A stretch of 64,000 nucleotides of DNA, from positions 2,680 to 66,679 of IMG/VR virus record IMGVR_UViG_3300044831_000040. One strand, 5' to 3'. Under the pieces are notes generated by a model that searched no databases, was not told the DNA's origin, and worked only from the letters and a program-made list of their open reading frames with translations. Position 1 is the stretch's first letter. Every line of letters begins with the position of its first letter. Of the stretch, positions 1 to 8,620 are shown in pieces. The position numbers were made by a program, and so were the translations under genes. The DNA comes from a virus (taxonomy: Duplodnaviria > Caudoviricetes).

Positions 1-373
1 AGCGGGACGGGATCTCCAGGCCGTACTGCTCCAACGGCTGTTCGTCGTCGTGACCCTGGCCCATCCCGGCCGGGACCACCGAAGCGATGATGCCGTGGAA
101 CTCGGTGAGGTCGGAGGGGAGATCCTTCTCCCTCAGGTTGGTGATGATGGCGGCGACTCCGCAGCCGATGTCGACACCGACAGCCGCCGGGATGACGGCA
201 CCGAGGGTGGGGATGACGGATCCGATGGTGGCTCCGATCCCGATGTGGGCGTCGGGCATGAGAGCGAGGTGTCCTTCGAGGATCGGGAGGCTCGCGGCCT
301 TCTGCGCCTGGTCAATGGTTGTCTGCTCGATGTCGCCCCATACCATCACGTTGCCCACCATCCTCGGTGCCAT
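1..373 (-). CDS. rtcB: RtcB-family RNA ligase, 5' part (truncated by window edge)
   Basis: Manual translation of the minus strand from ATG 373 (GGAG 7 nt upstream): MAPRMVGNVMVWGDIEQTTIDQAQKAASLPILEGHLALMPDAHIGIGATIGSVIPTLGAVIPAAVGVDIGCGVAA..., containing the RtcB motifs MPDAH-G-G-IGSV and VGVDIGCG. Open to base 1. Confidence 0.93.
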   Translation of the reverse strand, partial: MAPRMVGNVMVWGDIEQTTIDQAQKAASLPILEGHLALMPDAHIGIGATIGSVIPTLGAVIPAAVGVDIGCGVAAIITNLREKDLPSDLTEFHGIIASVVPAGMGQGHDDEQPLEQYGLEIPSR

Positions 374-425
374 GACCATTCTCCAATCTTCCTTAGAGGG
401 ATACCCCCAGTATGGCACATTCCCG

Positions 426-647
426 ATGGCCGGGTCGGTCCTGCCCCGGGTACGATCAGTGCTGGAGAAGGGGTGGAGGAAGATGACCAGAACCAGCGGG
501 GTGGCAAGGAGAGGATCGGGAAGCGGTTACGGCTGCCCTCTCACTGTGTTACGCATGCTAGCTCTTGTCGGCCTGGGGGCAGTCCTGACCGGCACCGGGT
601 TCATCCTGATGCTCAGGCATATGCCCCGACCGAGATACGGAAGGTGA
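426..647 (+). CDS. small membrane protein (start 426 or 483)
   Basis: C-terminal part of ORF 87..647 outside the rtcB overlap; one hydrophobic segment LRMLALVGLGAVLTGTGFILML. Confidence 0.4.
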   Translation: MAGSVLPRVRSVLEKGWRKMTRTSGVARRGSGSGYGCPLTVLRMLALVGLGAVLTGTGFILMLRHMPRPRYGR

Positions 648-799
648 TTCGGCGGTGGATGACGCACAAGAGAAGTCTCGGGCGGTCCACGGGAACCCGC
701 ATGAGCCGGGCGATGGCCTTGGAACTCACGATCGAGGGCATAGTTTGGTCCATTGCGGTTTGGTGGGGGCTCACCTACGCCTTGAACCACACCCTATGA
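644..799 (+). CDS. small membrane protein
   Basis: GTGA overlap with the previous ORF; hydrophobic C-terminus IEGIVWSIAVWWGLTYAL. Confidence 0.4.
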   Translation: MIRRWMTHKRSLGRSTGTRMSRAMALELTIEGIVWSIAVWWGLTYALNHTL

Positions 800-818
800 C
801 ACCTTGGACAGCGGAGCG

Positions 819-1148
819 ATGAATGTTGATGCTGCCGCGCCTCTTGTCGGCACCCCTGGGTTTCTCATTGGCATCCTCACCGTCATCGCCGCAATCGTGG
901 GTGCCCTTGCCGGTCCCGTGTTCCGCTTCTTCAGCAAACGGCATCAGCAGAGTGGAACGGTCGAGACCAGCCAGGCTGAAGACCTCTGGCTCAACATCAA
1001 CAGTCTTCTCGCTCAGTACAAAGAGGATCTCAGGGAGACCCGAGCCGAGTTGGTTACGACCCGAGCCGAGTTGGTCTCTACCCGAGAAGCCCTCCTGGCT
1101 GTCCAGCCGATGCTTGCTCGTCTTGCTCAAATAGAAAAGAGTCCCTGA
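819..1148 (+). CDS. membrane protein with coiled coil (lysis-cassette type)
   Basis: N-terminal TM (FLIGILTVIAAIVGALAGPVF) followed by heptad repeats; GGAG upstream of ATG 819. Confidence 0.7.
   Translation: MNVDAAAPLVGTPGFLIGILTVIAAIVGALAGPVFRFFSKRHQQSGTVETSQAEDLWLNINSLLAQYKEDLRETRAELVTTRAELVSTREALLAVQPMLARLAQIEKSP
1038..1086 (+). repeat. 21-bp tandem repeat encoding coiled-coil heptads
   Basis: ACCCGAGCCGAGTTGGTTACG / ACCCGAGCCGAGTTGGTCTCT / ACCCGAG = TRAELVT TRAELVS TRE. Confidence 0.8.
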
Positions 1149-2056
1149 TGGATCCTAAGAACGCCGAGACCGAGCGGGCGGTTTCTGCTCTCGCTGCCTC
1201 CATTGGAACCCCCCGCAGAAGGGAACCGGGATACCGCGCTTACGGGGTACTGGCCCTCTGCATCGTGCTCTTGGGCATCGGCTTCGTGGTCACCATCCTG
1301 ACCGTCCGGCGTACCGCCGCCACGTCTTCCCGTGCCAACTGCGAGTCGAACGCGGCGTTGAGGAATTCCTACGTCGACCTCCTGTATCGCCTGACGACGC
1401 CCCATCTGTTGCCACCGGGCTCTCCACCCGATCTGGTTGATTACACGAACAAGGTGAACAAGATCGCAACCGACTACCGGGACACTCAGTTGAAGAATCT
1501 CGGAGGGGTCCGTTGCGGGCTGTTGGCGACGGGTGACATCAAACCTCTTCCTCTTCCGCCACAACCTCCTCCGCCCCCCGTGGTGGTTCTTCCAGGCAAC
1601 GTAGGCCCGCTGCCCCTTGCCCCTTTGACGGGAGCTATGGGGCCGATGGGACCTGCGGGTCAAACCGGACCTGCGGGTGCAGCGGGCAAAGATGGGGCTG
1701 CTGGCAAGGAAGGACCGCCGGGGAGGAACGGCAACAGCATCCTCAATGGTCCTGGTCCACCTACACTCGGGACGGGAACCATCGGTGACTTCTACATCGA
1801 TTCCGATGCTCACACCTTCTACGGCCCGAAGACTGTTGCTGGGTGGGGTGAGCCAACGTCCCTCACGGGGCCAATGGGAGAGCAGGGGGTTCCGGGTGTA
1901 CCTGGTCCACCTACCCCGACTCCCACCCCAACGCCGACTCCCACCCAGGTCACTCCCACGGCAGCGACCATGTTCGGGTCGACCCCTTCGCCCAGCCCAT
2001 GCCTCCTCACCGTCTCGTCTACAGTTGTCACCATCGACGGGCTCGTGTGCCCATGA
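1148..2056 (+). CDS. membrane-anchored collagen-like protein
   Basis: N-terminal TM, G-X-Y repeats (GPMGPAGQTGPAGAAGKDG...), PT-rich tail. Confidence 0.8.
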   Translation: MDPKNAETERAVSALAASIGTPRRREPGYRAYGVLALCIVLLGIGFVVTILTVRRTAATSSRANCESNAALRNSYVDLLYRLTTPHLLPPGSPPDLVDYTNKVNKIATDYRDTQLKNLGGVRCGLLATGDIKPLPLPPQPPPPPVVVLPGNVGPLPLAPLTGAMGPMGPAGQTGPAGAAGKDGAAGKEGPPGRNGNSILNGPGPPTLGTGTIGDFYIDSDAHTFYGPKTVAGWGEPTSLTGPMGEQGVPGVPGPPTPTPTPTPTPTQVTPTAATMFGSTPSPSPCLLTVSSTVVTIDGLVCP

Positions 2057-2064
2057 GGTGGAAA

Positions 2065-2097
2065 CTCTAAGCTTCCTTTGAGTAAGTGTGGTATCCT
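2065..2097 (+). promoter_or_regulatory. putative promoter: CTCTAAG box plus extended -10
   Basis: CTCTAAG 2065-2071, then TG-G-TATCCT ending 2097, upstream of ATG 2109. Confidence 0.5.
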
Positions 2098-2108
2098 TGG
2101 TTCGTCAG

Positions 2109-2837
2109 ATGAGCGAGGACAAGGAGACCCACATGATCACCGCAGCAGACCTTCGCAAGCATCACGGACAGCCCGATCCCGAGCCCCTTCCCGACACTTC
2201 GGACTGGTCGACGGAGCCGACTGTCTCCGTGGCCCCGGTACGGACCACTCCAAAGGGCTTCTTCCCTGCTTCGCCTAAGTCGGTTAACTACCTCAACCGG
2301 CTCCTCGCGGAGAGGGAGCACAGCATCGTCGTGCCGGAGAACCCATCGCAGACCACGATCTCGCGGTTGATCACAGACCTGCTGAAGCAGCCTCTGAAGG
2401 TTGCCCCGAAGACCCCAGTGGGTCCGGCCCCGGCATCCTCGAAGATCACGGCCACGGTGCCTCTCCTGGAGGGCACCTACACGGTGATCTTCGAGGATGC
2501 CTCCTACCGGACGCTGCGCATCGAGCGCCAGTCCGAGAGTGCGAAGTTCATGCCCGGCCGCCTGGTGATCAGCTACCTCTCCGGCAGCGACAACGAGTCG
2601 AGCTACACGGGCTTCGCCCACGCCCTCGAAGGTGACAGGGTGATCAAGGTCTGGCGTAAGCACGAGGCGAACGGCAAGCTGATCGAAGCCCTCCGGGTGC
2701 TGGCCGGTGATCCCAAGGCGGCGGCGCTGGCCTATGCCAAGGAGAGCGGCAAGTGCTACCACTGCGACCGCAAGCTCACCACGCCGGAATCGGTAGCTGC
2801 GGGCATCGGCCCCGTGTGTTCAGGAAGGGGATACTGA
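2109..2837 (+). CDS. DUF6011-like Zn-binding domain protein
   Basis: C-terminal GKCYHCDRKLTTPESVAAGIGPVC resembles the DUF6011 CxxC...GIGPxC signature. Confidence 0.7.
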   Translation: MSEDKETHMITAADLRKHHGQPDPEPLPDTSDWSTEPTVSVAPVRTTPKGFFPASPKSVNYLNRLLAEREHSIVVPENPSQTTISRLITDLLKQPLKVAPKTPVGPAPASSKITATVPLLEGTYTVIFEDASYRTLRIERQSESAKFMPGRLVISYLSGSDNESSYTGFAHALEGDRVIKVWRKHEANGKLIEALRVLAGDPKAAALAYAKESGKCYHCDRKLTTPESVAAGIGPVCSGRGY

Positions 2838-2838
2838 G

Positions 2839-3459
2839 ATGGAAACGGCTGTTCAGGATCGTTACGATCGTTACGTCGTCAAGGCAATTCCCAGCAAAAC
2901 CGGAAAGACCTCGCGTCCTTCGGTGGTCGACACCGAGACCGGCGAGGAAGTCTTGCTACTCAAGAGGGGTCGGGAACACCTGGCCGAACGGGCAGCAAGG
3001 GACTTGAACGACAACATCGGCAAGCCCCACTTCGAGCCCGGTGACAGGGTCGTCACCTATGGTCTGAATGGTCCCCGGTTCGGCATCATCCGTCGACCCG
3101 AAGTTGGAGACTGGCTCCGGCCATCGTGGCGAGGCTACCGCGGTGCTGAATACATCTCGTCCGTGGAATTCCTCTTCGGGGAAAGTCAGTGGTCCAATTC
3201 CTGGGTCGTTGCCATTGAACGTGCCAACGGTGAGGTGGATGAGTGTTACACCACGGTCTGCGTTCCTCTGGCGTCATTCCTGGACGCCTGGTATGTGGTG
3301 GACCCACAGACGGGTGGTGTGCGGGCTGGAGGTCACAGCCATGGCGTGCCTTTCCCCCGGGAGAGAGTTGAGGAGATCGCCCGTGAAGTCGGGGAACGGG
3401 ATGGTCGTCCGGGGCAGTACGTGGTGGTCCGGGGGACAGAGGTGGCAATCTCCGAATGA
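2839..3459 (+). CDS. hypothetical protein
   Basis: 206 aa ORF tightly packed in the operon. Confidence 0.65.
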   Translation: METAVQDRYDRYVVKAIPSKTGKTSRPSVVDTETGEEVLLLKRGREHLAERAARDLNDNIGKPHFEPGDRVVTYGLNGPRFGIIRRPEVGDWLRPSWRGYRGAEYISSVEFLFGESQWSNSWVVAIERANGEVDECYTTVCVPLASFLDAWYVVDPQTGGVRAGGHSHGVPFPRERVEEIAREVGERDGRPGQYVVVRGTEVAISE

Positions 3460-3782
3460 GTACACCGACTGAGTACGACCTCAGGGTGGATGCCTTCGGT
3501 CGCCAGTGGCTGGAAGCCCACCCTGAGGCACTTGCCTTCGAGATGCAGTATCGCCCGGGTCTCGAAGTCCTTCCGCGGGAAGACGAACTGATCACCCTCT
3601 ACGACGACTTCGAGAGTGGTGGCGGCTGCCCCACCTGTGACATGGGGCCTACCTTCGAGGTGGGCATCACCGTGCCTGTCAATGACGGCCGGTATCTGCG
3701 GATTGCTATCCAGTACGGCAACGACTCCATCGATGTTGGGGCAGTCGTACGTGCCGTTCTCGCCGTCACCAACTGGGAGTAA
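3456..3782 (+). CDS. hypothetical protein
   Basis: ATGA overlap, CxxC motif (CPTC). Confidence 0.65.
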   Translation: MSTPTEYDLRVDAFGRQWLEAHPEALAFEMQYRPGLEVLPREDELITLYDDFESGGGCPTCDMGPTFEVGITVPVNDGRYLRIAIQYGNDSIDVGAVVRAVLAVTNWE

Positions 3783-3941
3783 TCTCTCTCTGCATACCTC
3801 GTCCTGAGGTTGCACGCGCCCATTCAGGGCCTTTGCCCCGGAACTTCTTCGGTCGCATTACTGCCATTTCCTAAGTAATTTCCGAGCGAATACTCGCTCG
3901 GCTTTAACGCGTTGGACACACCCTGGGAGGTGGCTGCTACC

Positions 3942-4520
3942 ATGACCTTTACACAGTCAAACGAGGGTCCCGTGGGAACAACCGAAGACCGACTGACGAG
4001 TCTAGAGGATGCGGTTGTAGAACTCTTTGGACTGGTGGGTAGGAACCAGGGCCAGACGGTTCTTTCGCATCGTAGGACCGAGCGATTGGAGGAACGCATG
4101 GCAACGGCAGAAGAGCAGATCGCAGCAGGACAGACGGCGGAACAGGGCCTCGCTGCACAGGTCCAGGCTCTTGGGACCAGGGTCCAGGGTCACCTAACGA
4201 CCTTGCAGCAAGAGATCGACGCCTTGACGGCTCAGGGTGCCCAGCCGAGCCCTGCACTTCAGCAAGCCATCGACGCCATGAACACCGAGGCCGCCGCTCT
4301 TGCCAAGATCGATCCGTCCAGCCCGACTCCGACCGTCGCACCATCAGGCACCGGGCCTACCGGTACGTCTGCCGCACCTGTACCGCCCACCACGTCCGGC
4401 CCGGTCGACACCACGACCAGTGCCCCGGCAACCTCGACGCCGGTCACACCTCCGGTTTCCACTCCCGGTGCTGGGCCTGCTCCCGCGACACCTGCTCCCT
4501 CACCGCCTGGAACTCCATAG
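3942..4520 (+). CDS. coiled-coil protein with Pro/Thr-rich tail
   Basis: GGAGG upstream of ATG 3942; heptads then a PT/PS-rich low-complexity tail. Confidence 0.65.
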   Translation: MTFTQSNEGPVGTTEDRLTSLEDAVVELFGLVGRNQGQTVLSHRRTERLEERMATAEEQIAAGQTAEQGLAAQVQALGTRVQGHLTTLQQEIDALTAQGAQPSPALQQAIDAMNTEAAALAKIDPSSPTPTVAPSGTGPTGTSAAPVPPTTSGPVDTTTSAPATSTPVTPPVSTPGAGPAPATPAPSPPGTP

Positions 4521-4535
4521 AAGGGGTGAGGGTCA

Positions 4536-4676
4536 ATGCCTGATTACAGCCTCCCGGACGACACGGTCGACGACTCCGAGGAGAACCCGAACACCGAGCA
4601 CCACGCCAACCTGAAGGACGAAGAAGACGAGGCCGAGATCGAGGCCGACAAGGGCAAGGACGATGCAAAGACCTAA
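4536..4676 (+). CDS. 46-aa acidic peptide overlapping the endolysin start
   Basis: AAGGGGTGA SD-like site; MPDYSLPDDTVDDSEENPNTEHHANLKDEEDEAEIEADKGKDDAKT; below the ORF-track cutoff. Confidence 0.45.
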   Translation: MPDYSLPDDTVDDSEENPNTEHHANLKDEEDEAEIEADKGKDDAKT

Positions 4677-5502
4677 CGTTCAGTTCGTCGACACCCCTAA
4701 CCGTTCGCGCCCCCTCATGGATCCTCCTGAGGGGATCGTGATCCACGGGACCATGGGCGGGTACGCAGGAAGCATCCGCGTCTTGCAGGACCCTGCCCAT
4801 CAGGCGTCGTGTCACCTGATCGTGGCTCAGGATGGCCGCAGGGCACTCCTCACGCCAACCCCGAGAGACATGGGTCCCCAGGACGGGGCATACAAGGCAT
4901 GGCACTGCATCGGCGGCAACTCCCACTACCTCGGGATCGAGCATGAGGTCGGGCTCGATGGGAAGACCATCAAGCCTTCCGAGTGGACCGACGCCATGCT
5001 GCGCAGTTCCGCTGAGGTGTCGGCATGGTGGAGCTTCTTCTACAACATCCCGATCCTCGGCCCGATCGGTAACTTCGGGCAGCGCCTGTGGTTTCGAGGT
5101 TTCGACGGGCATGACAACGTCGTAGGCAACGACCACATGGATCCTCTTCCGGATTTCCCGTGGGTCAAGTACATGGGGTTGGTGCAGTCATTCGTCCATG
5201 CTGGAAAGGAGGCGACCGTGGGACAGACTTTCCCCCATCCGATCCCCCTCGCAGACATCGCTTGGGTAGGCCCGGCCTGGGTCGACGGATCTGTTCCCGG
5301 GTTCCGCCAGTTGGGTATCGATGGGGGTGTCTACAACTGGCTTGGAGCCCCGGATCATGGTTCCCCGGTCGGGAAACCCTACTTCCAAGGACACACAGCG
5401 AAATACCTCGCGTACGACCACGACTCCAACGGGAAGCCCGTCCCTCCCGGCTTCTACGTTGTGGTGGACATCAACGACAGTAGATACGGTCCAGCCTTTT
5501 AA
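4663..5502 (+). CDS. endolysin, N-acetylmuramoyl-L-alanine amidase (Amidase_2)
   Basis: Zn-amidase motifs IVIHGT, ASCHLIV, AWHCIGGNSHYLGIEHE, GHDNVVGNDHMDP. Confidence 0.88.
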   Translation: MQRPNVQFVDTPNRSRPLMDPPEGIVIHGTMGGYAGSIRVLQDPAHQASCHLIVAQDGRRALLTPTPRDMGPQDGAYKAWHCIGGNSHYLGIEHEVGLDGKTIKPSEWTDAMLRSSAEVSAWWSFFYNIPILGPIGNFGQRLWFRGFDGHDNVVGNDHMDPLPDFPWVKYMGLVQSFVHAGKEATVGQTFPHPIPLADIAWVGPAWVDGSVPGFRQLGIDGGVYNWLGAPDHGSPVGKPYFQGHTAKYLAYDHDSNGKPVPPGFYVVVDINDSRYGPAF

Positions 5503-5579
5503 GAGAGGAGGTAGCGAGCCCTTTGGCAAAGGTAATTCAAACACCATTTGTCCCCTGAAGTTGAGAAAGGAAGGTATCT

Positions 5580-5816
5580 ATGTTTGCAAAGCTCACCGGC
5601 ATCTTCGGCCATGCACGCGACATGGCCGCCAAGATTCTGGAACTGGCTGACAAGGGAGTCAATATCGACGAGAGCGTTCTCGCCAAGGCAAAAGGCTTCA
5701 TCGCTATGGCCGACAAGTTCATCCCTGATCAGGAGAAGGCACCGACCACGATCCTGGTCCCGGTTCCCGATGCCCACGCAGCCGCGCTGGGTGCTGTTCC
5801 GCTGGTGGTGAAGTAG
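5580..5816 (+). CDS. hypothetical protein
   Basis: GAAAGGAAGG RBS, 78 aa. Confidence 0.6.
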   Translation: MFAKLTGIFGHARDMAAKILELADKGVNIDESVLAKAKGFIAMADKFIPDQEKAPTTILVPVPDAHAAALGAVPLVVK

Positions 5817-5818
5817 CC

Positions 5819-6001
5819 GTGAACTTCATCGATCTTGCAATCGCTGCCTTCAACTTCCTGAACAGCGTCTTCGGCCTCGGCCACATCGGGACCCTGTGTG
5901 CTTCTTCCCCTGCTCTGGCGCTGCATTTCGGGGCACAGTCCGGGCTCGAAATTGCTCAGGCCACTCTCCGCTCTTCTCTCACTGGCACGCCCACCTGCTG
6001 A
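5819..6001 (+). CDS. small hydrophobic protein
   Basis: 60 aa, packed between neighbours. Confidence 0.45.
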   Translation: MNFIDLAIAAFNFLNSVFGLGHIGTLCASSPALALHFGAQSGLEIAQATLRSSLTGTPTC

Positions 6002-6411
6002 TGGCATTCCAGCCGTTCACATCGTTTGGGACCTTAGCCAAGACCGTGCTGCCGAATACTGGCAATTCCGCTACGGTCACGATCCCGTCTGGCACCGCTG
6101 CGGCCCCAACAGATGCGGTGGCCGTGTCCGCACCCGTGGCACCCGTCACGCCGACGACGCCGGTGGTTGCCAGCGGACCAACGAAGCCGATCACCGGAAC
6201 TGTCGTCGCCCCAATCGTTGATATCTCTCTTCGAGGGGTTCACTCGACCTGGGAGGCGGCGCTTGCAGCGTTCATCGTTCTCGTGCTCTTGCCAGCCGTA
6301 GGAGTCAACCTCCCGGCGGGAGCAGCATTCAGCCTGACGGGTCTTCTGACCGGGCTCGCCGCCGTAGCACGGTCGTTCCTCTCTCACAAGACGATCCAGA
6401 AACCGCCGTAA
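6001..6411 (+). CDS. holin-like membrane protein
   Basis: Two C-terminal TMs (WEAALAAFIVLVLLPAVG; AAFSLTGLLTGLAAVARS) and a basic tail, downstream of the endolysin. Confidence 0.6.
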   Translation: MAFQPFTSFGTLAKTVLPNTGNSATVTIPSGTAAAPTDAVAVSAPVAPVTPTTPVVASGPTKPITGTVVAPIVDISLRGVHSTWEAALAAFIVLVLLPAVGVNLPAGAAFSLTGLLTGLAAVARSFLSHKTIQKPP

Positions 6412-6623
6412 TGCACCTGACGTTCCCCCGGGACCTCAGCGTGTTCGTCGTAGCTCCGGCATGGCTCTGGGTTTCATGGCGGCTCGGCATCGGATTCTGG
6501 ATCGGCCCTGGCCTGCGGATCCAACCTGGTGGACCGTGGCGGCTGTTCGGCTGGTTCACCATGCTTGCAGTGGGGCTCATCATCCTGATCTACCAGGATC
6601 CCTACATTTGGGTGTTCTCGTAA
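6411..6623 (+). CDS. small membrane protein
   Basis: 70 aa, 2 TM segments, Trp-rich. Confidence 0.6.
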   Translation: MHLTFPRDLSVFVVAPAWLWVSWRLGIGFWIGPGLRIQPGGPWRLFGWFTMLAVGLIILIYQDPYIWVFS

Positions 6624-6632
6624 GGAGGAGGA

Positions 6633-6827
6633 ATGGCTACAGTCCCTGCACGACGGGTTATCCGATCCCGAGCCTGGTGGGCGTGTCTACTCGCCGTCCT
6701 CGCCATGGCCGGGGCGGTGATCCTTTTCACGTTCGACGCGAGCCCCGGCACCGTCATCGAACACTGGGAGTTCTGGGCCATGATCTCCATCGGGCTCTTC
6801 GAGGCAAGCTTCATCATCCAGACGTAG
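6633..6827 (+). CDS. small membrane protein
   Basis: AAGGAGGAGG RBS; 2 TM segments. Confidence 0.65.
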   Translation: MATVPARRVIRSRAWWACLLAVLAMAGAVILFTFDASPGTVIEHWEFWAMISIGLFEASFIIQT

Positions 6828-7013
6828 GTGGGCGGCGACTGGAAGATCGAAGAGAACGACCACGGTTCCTGGGACCTTCTGGACGGCCGCAGGCCCGTCT
6901 CCTATGACGAAGCTTCGGTGGAGGATGCAATCGCCCTAGCGAGGTCCAGAGGGGCCTCACAGGTCATTGTGATCGATCGGATGGGCTACCCGGAGGTGCA
7001 GAGAATCCGGTAA
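6828..7013 (+). CDS. hypothetical protein
   Basis: 61 aa, directly after the previous stop codon. Confidence 0.55.
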   Translation: MGGDWKIEENDHGSWDLLDGRRPVSYDEASVEDAIALARSRGASQVIVIDRMGYPEVQRIR

Positions 7014-7048
7014 GCTCATTCTTGCGCTTGATCAGCAAGCCAGGATTG

Positions 7049-7084
7049 GGAGGTCGTTCTTTCCGAGGGCGGCCTCCTGTCTTT
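7049..7084 (+). terminator. intrinsic terminator-like hairpin
   Basis: GGAGGTCGTTCT-TTCC-GAGGGCGGCCTCC followed by TGTCTTT. Confidence 0.6.
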
Positions 7085-7114
7085 GTGTGACCCCTGGCGG
7101 TAAGAAGGGGTGAC

Positions 7115-8620
7115 ATGATGCTCAAGTACGCGTCGGCCACCATCCTCTCCGCTGAAATCGGGGACCGTTCCCTCACCCTCCGCACGGCGCATCGGGCAAC
7201 CTTCGGGTACCAGCGGCGGCCGGGCTACCTCTACGTCCGGACCCGGGCGATCTCCTCTCGCTGCAACGACAACTTCGACGACTTCCCGGCAGAGGAGATC
7301 CGGGGGGATGAGGTGAGGGTCGGCTACCGGACCTTCATCGGCAAGCCTGCATTCGTCAACCACGTTAACGACAACCATCGCAGGGCGCGGGGCGTAATTG
7401 TCGATGCCGCATTGCACGAAGACGTTAACCCTGATGGGACGCCAGATGTGTGGGTCGAATTGCTGCATGAGGTAGATGCGGCCAAGTTTCCCAAGCTGGC
7501 CGAAGCGGTGCTGAACGGCGAGATCACCACCACCTCCATGGGGTGCGACGTGGAGTATTCGGTCTGCTCGTTCTGCGGCAACCGAGCCTCGACCCCTCTC
7601 GAATACTGCGCGCACATCCCCCGCTTGAAGGGCAAGCGCATCCGGCGGATCACTGCCTCAGGTCAGTCTGAGGATGTGCTGGTTCGGGAGATTTGCCATG
7701 GCCTGAGGTTCTTCGAGAACAGCTTCCTGGTCGAAGATCCCGCAGACCCCACTGCCTACGTTCTCGATGTCGATGCCAGTCAGATAAACAAAGCTGCTTC
7801 CAGGACAGCAGCAGGCAAGCTGCCTAAACATCCGTACCAGGTCACTCTGCCGGACGGGAATGTGGTGACCAATCACAGCACCCGGGAATACAACCATGTA
7901 GCCATCGGCCAGGCTCCTGATCCTCTCGACTACCCGGAGCACGAACGGGAGTACCGGCCGCCGAAGGGACAGTGGACGATCCTGAACTGGAGCGCCAAAC
8001 CGGATCAGGCGGCCAAGGCTGCACGTCCCTACTCCCAGTACCGCAATCAGCGGGTGGTCCCTGTCGACAACCCCCGGGGCGATCCCAAAACATCCGTAAA
8101 GGGACTTGACACTTCTGTCGAAGACGATGTAACCTCACTTCAAGCTTCCTTGGAGAAAGGGAATGACATGGCGGTAAGGCTGGTAGCGAAGGGAAGTGGA
8201 GTCGAATACGTCGCCTCCGGCTCCCTCGCCCGCACCCGCCGGATCGTCATGGAGGCGGCTCTCACCGCTCCTGTCCCCACCGAGGCCGACGCTCTCGCAC
8301 ACGCCGAGCGTCTCGCCCGCTCCAGCCGCAACAACGGCGATGACCGGGGCAACAGCTACGCCCGGCGGGCTCGCTCGGAATGGCTGATCGCCCACTACGG
8401 CTACCGTGGGACCTGCGGCTGCATGTGGTGCGGCAGGAAGCTCACGGTGGACACGGTCACGGCCGACCGCTTCTACCCGGGCAAGGTCGGCGGCCGGTAC
8501 ATCCAGTCGAACATCGGCCCGGCGTGCGTATCGTGCAACTCCGGCAGGGCGGCCAAGGATTTCTTCGAAGCAGCGAAGCGTTGGGGACCCGCCCGGCAAC
8601 TGACAGAGGTGGCAATGTGA
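7115..8620 (+). CDS. capsid maturation protease-like protein with C-terminal HNH domain
   Basis: N-terminal region with SMGCDVEYSVCSFCGN...CAHI typical of large-phage head proteases; C-terminal CMWCGRKLTVDTVTADRFYPGKVGGRYIQSNIGPACVSCNSGR resembles a ββα-Me HNH. Confidence 0.65.
   Translation: MMLKYASATILSAEIGDRSLTLRTAHRATFGYQRRPGYLYVRTRAISSRCNDNFDDFPAEEIRGDEVRVGYRTFIGKPAFVNHVNDNHRRARGVIVDAALHEDVNPDGTPDVWVELLHEVDAAKFPKLAEAVLNGEITTTSMGCDVEYSVCSFCGNRASTPLEYCAHIPRLKGKRIRRITASGQSEDVLVREICHGLRFFENSFLVEDPADPTAYVLDVDASQINKAASRTAAGKLPKHPYQVTLPDGNVVTNHSTREYNHVAIGQAPDPLDYPEHEREYRPPKGQWTILNWSAKPDQAAKAARPYSQYRNQRVVPVDNPRGDPKTSVKGLDTSVEDDVTSLQASLEKGNDMAVRLVAKGSGVEYVASGSLARTRRIVMEAALTAPVPTEADALAHAERLARSSRNNGDDRGNSYARRARSEWLIAHYGYRGTCGCMWCGRKLTVDTVTADRFYPGKVGGRYIQSNIGPACVSCNSGRAAKDFFEAAKRWGPARQLTEVAM

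Noticed and set aside
50-420. Plus-strand ORFs 50..799 and 87..647 as full-length genes
   Set aside because: Their N-terminal parts are antisense shadows of rtcB; only the 3' portions are plausible genes.
8380-8616. ATG 8380 start for the scaffold-like ORF
   Set aside because: Overlaps the HNH domain in another frame; GTG 8617 has an RBS and a 4-bp overlap.
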